Source: Vicugna vicugna (Eukaryota). From it: DNA of 64,000 nt. The notes beneath the pieces were generated by a model, which was not told where the DNA came from, did no database searches, and worked only from the letters and a program-made list of their open reading frames with translations. Each line of letters begins with the position of its first letter. Position 1 is the first letter of the stretch. Below, piece by piece: positions 52,781 to 64,000 of the stretch. The stretch spans positions 5,405,515 to 5,469,514 of the forward strand of contig MU058824.1 in NCBI GenBank assembly GCA_013265495.1, read 5' to 3'. A program made the translations under genes and the position numbers.

Positions 52781-55734
52781 TGTGCATTTGTACACATTTC
52801 GCTTACTTGAATCTTTCCACGAGGCCTTCTCCAGATTTTACATCCTCCTTCCTTTCCAAGGATTTCCCTTTGGCTTGTATGAACACAGTTCTTCTTTTTA
52901 GTCAATGTTAGGATTATTTTTTTAAAATTCCCAACAAAAAACTCCAGCTCCTCCAAACACACAAAGAAGCAAACAGAAAATCAAACCAGGAAACAAGCAT
53001 CCCACAAACCCATTTAAAAGTGCTTCTTCCGCATGATCATACCGGCTTCTAATTAGGGAACAGTTTGCTTGTTTCTGACATGGTTCAAGAATCAAGCGTT
53101 GGTCAGTTGCCACACCTTTAACTTCTTTTGGATATGAGCTTTCAGAATTCCAATTTGTAACTTTTTCTTTCTGGCAGACTTCTTCCTTCTTCATTACCTG
53201 GTTCTGTCCATTCCTCGAGTCTTAAGCAATTATACCATCTGGCCAGCCTTTTTGTTACTCCAGACCAGCCGTTCTCAACTTTGGCTGTATGTTAGAATCA
53301 CTTGGGGATTTAATTTGTCTTTGTTGGATCCTAGGTGTGTTTATATTTAGATATACCTCAAGTGACTTGTAGGTGGAGAAGAATAAGAGATGGGTAGCAT
53401 TTGTTAAAGATCAACTCCTTCCTTTCTCTACCTAGCTAATCTAGACTTTTCCTCTTTCAGTGATTCTCAGAAAATAGAAGGTTCCATTGGGTGGTTGTTG
53501 GCTTACAAGCCTTTGATCTGACAATGCATTTATCACTGTGCCTGGAGTATAGCACCCACCCTATGGACTCATAGACACTTTTAGAGGTCACAAGATGAAC
53601 ACAAGGTACAGCAAGATTTTTTGCTTGCTTTTTAAATTTTCACTATATCACTGTTTCATTCATAGTTTGGAATCAGTAGATGAACGATGTAGGATTTTTA
53701 GACTCCTCGATAAAATGAGGAGGGAAAAGGGTTGCAGAAATTTGCATAGAAAGAAGGTATGCCCCAGTTACTGCACATACCAATAAATGGTATCAATATT
53801 TGCAAATTATTTTGAGTATGACTCTTTTTAAAATACTTGGGGGCATCCTGGCTATAACGACACAAGGCATTTTGCACAGGGTGTATGTTTAAGCTCATGG
53901 GAAGAGAGTCATAAAGCACGTCTTCCATGTCCACCTTCTGTTGGGTGTTGAGAAAACTCTTTTCTCTTCATCTAAGCACCTGTGTTGAATTTGGTAGCTG
54001 TGGTGTTTGGACTGATTCAGCAGTAATTAATCTCCAGGCTAATTATGAGCTCTGTTGTCATTTTGCTAGATGTAATTAAACTGCATAGCTGGAGAAAGTT
54101 GGGGAACTACGGTTTCCAAGAAAACTCTTCCCTGTAACTTGGCAAGGAGCTCAAGAGTGACAACATAATCAGCCAATTAAATATAAGCTGGAAGCCTGAT
54201 GTCCTTCAGGATGAGTTTACAGGAAGAAGACAAATGTATGTTCACAGGAGGCACCTGCTGTTTTACTGCTGCCTTTTTGGAAGGAGCTTGGCGTATTCTA
54301 GAGGTTTTCTCTCATTAATCCTTTTGATAGCTTTATTAAACAGGAAGCAGAACAAACATTTTAGTCCCTTTCAAACAGATGAGATGATTAACATCGTGAA
54401 GGTCAACTGTCTTGTCAAAGAGCATAGTGCCCATGGGTCAGAAGAAATTTCAGTAATGTATTTCCTTAAAAAATGTGATGATTATCTACGTAGATTCCTA
54501 GAGTGACCATCAAATATATGACAATACTAGCCCAAAGATATGAATTGGTGAATAAACTCTTAAAGTCTTTTGGAACCAAGGTTCTGTTTCCTTTTTCAGT
54601 CTAGCGTAAGGAGAAACAGACCCCATATGCCAACTGTAACCTAACAAAGGTGGGTGTTACTGAATCACACTGGCCTTGGTCTTGCTCAGAAGGGCCACTT
54701 TGAAGAGAAGAGGAAGAAAGTATATCTGGTTCATATTTCCATAGAAATCAGTCTTGATAACCTGTTTGGCAAATAGGCAATAGTCTTCCAATGCCTGATA
54801 TAGGTGGAAAGACATACTGCACATTGTAATTTTAAGTAGTTTTTAATGCTTTACTACAACTCTAAGCTGACTCTTTGCCTTGAGTATACACAGAATACAT
54901 GGGCAAGGAGAAAGCATTTAAGGCATGGGACAGCTACTAACATCGCTGTGTTTCTAAAAGCAAATGTGGGTGTGTATATGGGCCCCACTGGTGACACTCA
55001 AGACCTCAGGATGATTTGGGGCGGTGCATTGACTCATATAGGAAGAGTTGTATATTGCTGGCTATTTTTCATAGTTCTATTTATGGTAAGGGACTGCTAT
55101 TAAAAATAGTTAGGAATAAGTTTCCTTTTGAAAATAAATTTATCTCAGTAAAACTGTGAGCCATATAATTGTTAAATAAATAATGATATGGGGGGTAATT
55201 TGCAGGTAGAGGCACAGTTATGAAGGTGGCACTTGAATGACTAAAATTTGGGTAACAGGGACCTCTATCCATTCTCTCCTGGTAAGAGGTCTAACTTCTT
55301 TATTCCTTTGCCTCAACAATAATTCAATTTTGCAAAAGATGGGCTAGGTAAGAAAACGAATGTATGGCGTCATTAAGTCACAAACAAGTATGCCACAGCT
55401 ATCACAATAATGAAAACACGAGGAAAACCACACCCAAGCTCTGCCTTGAGTCTCCCAATTAATTTTAGTGCCCAATCATTTAACTAACAAAGATTTGGGT
55501 CTTATGAACATATGACTTAGTGCCTGTAATAACCACAGATTATGATTATCCCCTGAGAGTGTTTTTATTCTTTCCCTGGTATGCTAAGAAATGAACAGCC
55601 AAAATAAAATATTTGTCCCTTCTTAACCATGGGCAAAGCTATAAATGGCAAGAGACCCAGGTTTTGCATAGGGACTTTGGCTTTGAAAAATAAGGAAACC
55701 CTGAAGGACAACATCCCAGTCCACATTTCCTGAA

Positions 55735-56060
55735 TGACTGACACAACATGGATGAATCTCACTTCCCTTGTGCAAAGTGAAAGTAGCCAAATTAAAAAGA
55801 TTATGTACTTACTGATTACATTTATATGACTTTCTGGACAAAGTAAAACTATGGGGACAGAAAACTTATTAGTGGTTGCCAAGGGGCTAGAGGTTGACTT
55901 CCAAGGGGCAGGGAAAATATTTCAGGATGCTGGAACTGTTCTCTGTCTTCATTATGGTGGTGGTTGCATGACTATATCCATTTGTCAAAACTACTAGAAC
56001 TGTATTCTAGAAAGGATGAATTTTCTGGCTGTAAATTATACCTCAATAAACCTGACCAAA
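55735..56060 (+). mobile_element. Old L1MC/ME 3' end
   Basis: acaacatggatgaatctca...agtggttgccaagggg...tttgtcaaaact...aattatacctcaataaa. Confidence 0.7.
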
Positions 56061-56594
56061 GAACAAATAAATGTTCTTAGTGTTCCGTAAGAAGAATTAC
56101 AAGTAAAATGTGAAATAATAGTCAAACCAAATGAAAGGCCAAGAAAACCTGCAAATCATTTCTTGAGGGTGGAGAAGGCAGGCACAACTTTCAAATTGAT
56201 TTACCTTGATAGACAGCCTCTTAATCGGGATGTCTCTAGTGGAAATGTCAAGTGTATGCTTTTATACAAACTGTTTCCATTCAATCATTTTGTTTTTGTT
56301 CATGACTAGATTCATTTCAGCCCTACTGCTCCTCATATTTTGAAAAATGTGTCATGGCAAAGAGTGGTTTCTCGGGTTGGGTATCATGTTAGTAAATCGC
56401 TGTTAATTACTGGCCTGTAGCAGTCTTTCCACATAGAACACACTGTTTTTTGTACATTTCGGGAATTCCTAAGAGTGGAAATGATGGAGAAATTAGGGAC
56501 GTATAAAGCTTTGGAGATAACGTACTCAGAATTATTTTGGGATGACTTTTTTTTTTAACCTTAAATATCACAATTTATATATGTATATTTAATT

Positions 56595-56795
56595 GTTTTT
56601 ATATAAAAGTATAGTCGATTTATGATATGTTAATTTCTAGTGTACAGCATAGTGATTCAGTTATACATATATAACTTTTCATACTCTTTTTCATTATAGG
56701 TTATTACAAGATACTGGATATAGTTCGCTGTGCTACACAGTAGGACCTTGTTGTTCATCTGTTTTATATATAGTAGTTAGTATCTGCAAATCCTG
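56595..56795 (-). mobile_element. L1 3' end fragment
   Basis: aagtatagtcgattta...tgtacagcatagtgattcagttataca...gtaggaccttgttgtt. Confidence 0.8.
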
Positions 56796-57419
56796 AGCAT
56801 GATCAAGTACAAATAGAGTTTGTAGCTCTCTTACCTTGCATGTCCTTCTGTCCCATTGTGCCTCATACTGTGTGGAGGTTTTTGCTCACCTGGGTGTCTT
56901 TAGTCCATGAGTGCCTTAGGAGCAGGAGACATATTTTGTTCATTTTTGTATCCTCCTTTCTGGCACAGTGTTTGTAGGAACTAAAAATTGTTTCTGCATT
57001 AATAAGTGAAAAATGACAGGTTTCTAATTATTTTAAATGAATCATTGCCACATAAAAATGGACTTTTGCAAGGAGCTGGGCAAGTGGCATGAATTGTGAG
57101 ATGCTGAGATTGACATGTGAGGCCTTTTGTCTGTGATACTGTAGGTGTAGCTTTTCCTGTAGGCACATGGCTGGACTTGAAGTCTTCTTGAAACTTATTC
57201 TAGTTCCTGGTTGGGTAAAGTAATAATTACTCAAAGCTTTTAATGCATTAATTAAAATTTGTTTAAGGTAATATAATAAAAATTAAGTCATTTAAGAAAA
57301 AAGCATTGACACATTTTTACACATTTTCAAAGGTTTCTCTACCTTACAAATATACTCCATTATCAAAGTTTGTGTCTTTTTATAGGCATAGTCTTTACAA
57401 GATGAATTGATTTTTTAAG

Positions 57420-60686
<3,267 letters not shown>

Positions 60687-63600
60687 GATTTTTTATTTGT
60701 TTGTTTTTTTGAAGTGTTGGTGTATCGTTGCCAATTCAGATCATCCTATAGTTCAAATAAGAGTGACCTTTTTCTCGTAGCTTTTTTAGGGAAATCCTTT
60801 AAAGTGATACACAAAAGCTTGATTAATACATAGTCTGGTTTTCATAACTGTATCTGTTGGGATCCACAGAGTGATTTTAAGATTTCTATTTCATTTATTT
60901 TTCTTTTCTTGTGTCCTGGCCATCACAGTAGCCATGTTCATCTTCTGGTACCTGTGATACCATTTTCATATCACAGAAGGCAGAACTTAACTTGAGCAAA
61001 CTCTCAGGGTTGTTTACTGATTACAGACCCAGTTAATCCTTCTCACACAGTGCAGACAGTGAAGATCAGCTCCGTTTTGTTGACTTATCCAGGCAGGCTA
61101 CTGTCCACCTCTGTAGCTTCATTTCACAATTTATCTTGGCTGTGTTTCCCTTCACACATCGGATCTATCATCGTCTCACTTATTCCAGGCTTACTAATCA
61201 ATACATCAATTAACAAGTATTTGCTGAGTACTTTTTATGATGGGCACATGATGTTTGTCTTGCCTAGAAGACATTTTCTTTTCCAATGGTAACTACATTT
61301 AGGTTTCCCTCTGGGAAATCTCCCCATATAGCTCTCAGTCGTGAGCTTTGGATCCCTCACGAGCTCCAGAGTTGGGCATGTGACTCAGACTGGCCAGTCA
61401 GTGTATTCCATTCATCTGGCCCCAGCGACTTCTGTGGTGATGGACACACAACCTAAAACACTCCTTTAGGAATGAATTCCATGACTTTTGACAAACATTG
61501 GTGGGGAGAGAAGCTCTCTTTCTGCCAGGATTACTCTCCAGGTGCAATATTTCTGGGGTTATTTTTAATCCCACTATTAGAGGATCTTTGAAGAATGAAG
61601 CCAATATACAGAAAACCAGATCCAAGGAATGCAGAAAGACATTCTTATGTCCTGTTCAAAAAGCCTGACCCAGTTGTGCCTGCAGCTGATATTAGGCAAC
61701 ACCTATATTTTAGATGTACCCAATGTCTGTTCTTCGCTAAAAAAGACAGCTGTATATGCAAGGTTTTGGAAAATACAGATTTCTGGTTTTCAAGTGTTTA
61801 TAAGAAATTAGAAAGTATAAAATATAATCAAATCAAGTTAGCATTGCTCTTCAAAACTATAACATTTTTCTCTCTATCCCTGAAATTATTGCTTGATGTC
61901 AGAATTATTTGCATATATCATTTTCTTCAGTGATAGATTTCAGAGGAGCTAGCCTGATTTTCTATTTACCTCCTCATTCTTAATATCTAGTACCATGCTT
62001 TGCACATGGAATATAGTCAGCAAGTTTTTATTGAGTTTATCTGAAAAGATAACTAATGTTACTCAGAGATTTATGGTAAATGCCAAATGAGTAATTTAGA
62101 TCATAATGTCCTACTGTTTTCAGTCAAGGGGCATTTTTTGGTCCTCTGGGCCAGGTCTTCATTCAGATTGCTACCACTAGATGATTTGTGTTTTGTTTTG
62201 TTTTATTGAGCAAAGGCACGACTCAGTCTAGACAGAGACAGCCTTGTGGAGATAGAAGAAAGGGAATTGAGAGACTAAGTATCCAAGGATTTATGTTTTA
62301 CAAGGAATGTGCTTCATTATCAAAATACTGTTAAATTATCTTGTTCACTTACCAAACTTACATTCGTTAACATTTTAATTTTAATGAGAAAAAGAAAATG
62401 AAGGAAAGCTCACTCCCACGCATTGAAATATATGCAGTAATCACCATATCTTGATTGTAATCGTTGTTTTTTGACCTTCTCTAGCTCAAATGATTCAGCT
62501 AATTTTACGCAGTTGCACTGTAGAACAATTTTGTTACTGGTTAATTAGAACCAAATGTCCTGATAAGGTCTGATTCTTTCTTTATTCTCAGAACTGTGAA
62601 TCTTTGTTCTTCCTGGATCAAACCAAAGTGAACTTCCTTCATATTGGAGATTTCTTCATCTTCAAGTGTGAAAGCACCTGAAGCTTCTCGGTCCAAGGTA
62701 TACAACTAGATATCTGCACCGAACACTTCTGTCTTTTAAATTTTAATCAATACAGGCAAGAGTGGTCTTATTATATGAGGATGGACATAACACAATGCTC
62801 AAAACAATGCTTTTAATTATTATGGTAGCTAAGATTCAGAGAAGGAACTGAAAATGCATGGGTGATATTCAAAACCTGTATCCTCTTCATCTTGGGGGTA
62901 ATGTCATTCTGTAGGTTGTGAAATAATGATGGTTTAAGTTTAATAATTCCTTTCTGTGGTTTTATTAGATAAATAACATCAGAGTTTTTTTTTATATATA
63001 AGAGAGGGGCCCTTGAAATCATACAGACCCAAGTATGAATCCAGCACCACCAGTTTGCCAGAGCTCTTCATTGTAGGCAAGTCGCTTGCCTTTTTCAGCC
63101 TGTTTTCTCATCTGTTCCTCATGGGCTTGCTGTGAGGACTAAGTATTCTAATGTATATGACATCAAAGCACAGTGGTAGTAGTAGCAATCATTACATTAG
63201 CTGAAATAGTATTTGTGGTACAGCTTTCCCTATATCCTTCCTAGGAAACTTGATGTAAAGGCAGTTCCATTTCTCCCCAGTGTTGAGTGAGCCATATGGC
63301 TGGCTAGGACCCCTCTTCCTTCATATTCCTCCTGTGTCCCTTCAAGGATGCAGATGGGTTTGAACTGGGGTTGCCCCTTCCAGGATGGAGGAAAGCTGTT
63401 CTTCAGTTCAGGGTACACTTCTAGGAAACAGGAGAATGACAAATAATAGAGAAGCACCCGCCCCAAATGCTGTCAAATTGTGAGTGTAAACCTAATGCTG
63501 GTTTTCGTGTAGCTGAGTTTTTTTGTTGAAGGAATTAAATTCTAACAAAACTAGCTTTGATCAAAGAAGTTGACCCAATTTCATACAAGAAATCAGGATG

Positions 63601-64000
63601 TTACTGAGGATTGAACGGTTTATTGCTAGAATAATAAAGACCACAAGAGGAAGAATTTTGATGTCTTTTGCTCCCTCCTGAATCCCAGCTCCTAAAGTTG
63701 TGCCTGGAATATGAGAGGTGCTCAATATATAATTATTGAGTAAATGAATGAATGCTGCAAAAGAAAGGGTGGACTTGGGCTGAATTTTAAGCCTGATAAT
63801 TACAGCTGTATAAAAGAGACAGAAGCCACATGGTTAAGGCAGGAAGCTGAAGTTCCTCTTTTCTTAAAATCTCTAAGAGTAGGTTCAACTCCCATGTGTC
63901 CAAGATCATGTTAATTCTAGAACGTTCTAGACCTCTCATGGAAAGCCCCACATCTATATGAAAGAGCTTTCCTCATCTTGGAACTTAGAGGGCTTTGCCA

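Noticed and set aside
52259..52962. Overlapping 110-185 aa ORFs in several frames
   Set aside because: Expected from stop-codon scarcity in a CpG island; no recognisable protein

Overview
Eutherian genomic DNA, most likely a camelid (two Vic-1-like tRNA-derived SINEs). The window is AT-rich and repeat-dense (young and old L1, L2, MIR, MaLR LTRs, hAT MERs, HAL1, microsatellites). Main non-repeat content: (1) a decayed, intron-containing partial RASEF (RAB45) pseudogene, six exons on + at 10.9-18.7 kb; (2) a 305-bp internal 28S rRNA fragment retroposed with a poly(A) tail and a perfect 16-bp target-site duplication (TSD), nicked in the loop of a 9-bp hairpin; (3) an orphan 3'UTR-like block ending in AATAAA at 25.6 kb; (4) a chain of mostly phase-compatible exon-like segments on - from about 63.4 to 45.8 kb that looks like the fossil of an unidentified K/E/Q-rich gene, with a CpG island inside it; (5) a full-length, open, CpG-rich RNF113A retrocopy (345 aa) inserted into an L1 with a TSD, a candidate lineage-specific functional retrogene. 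Gene and repeat names come from recalled sequences, not database searches, and most repeat boundaries are approximate.
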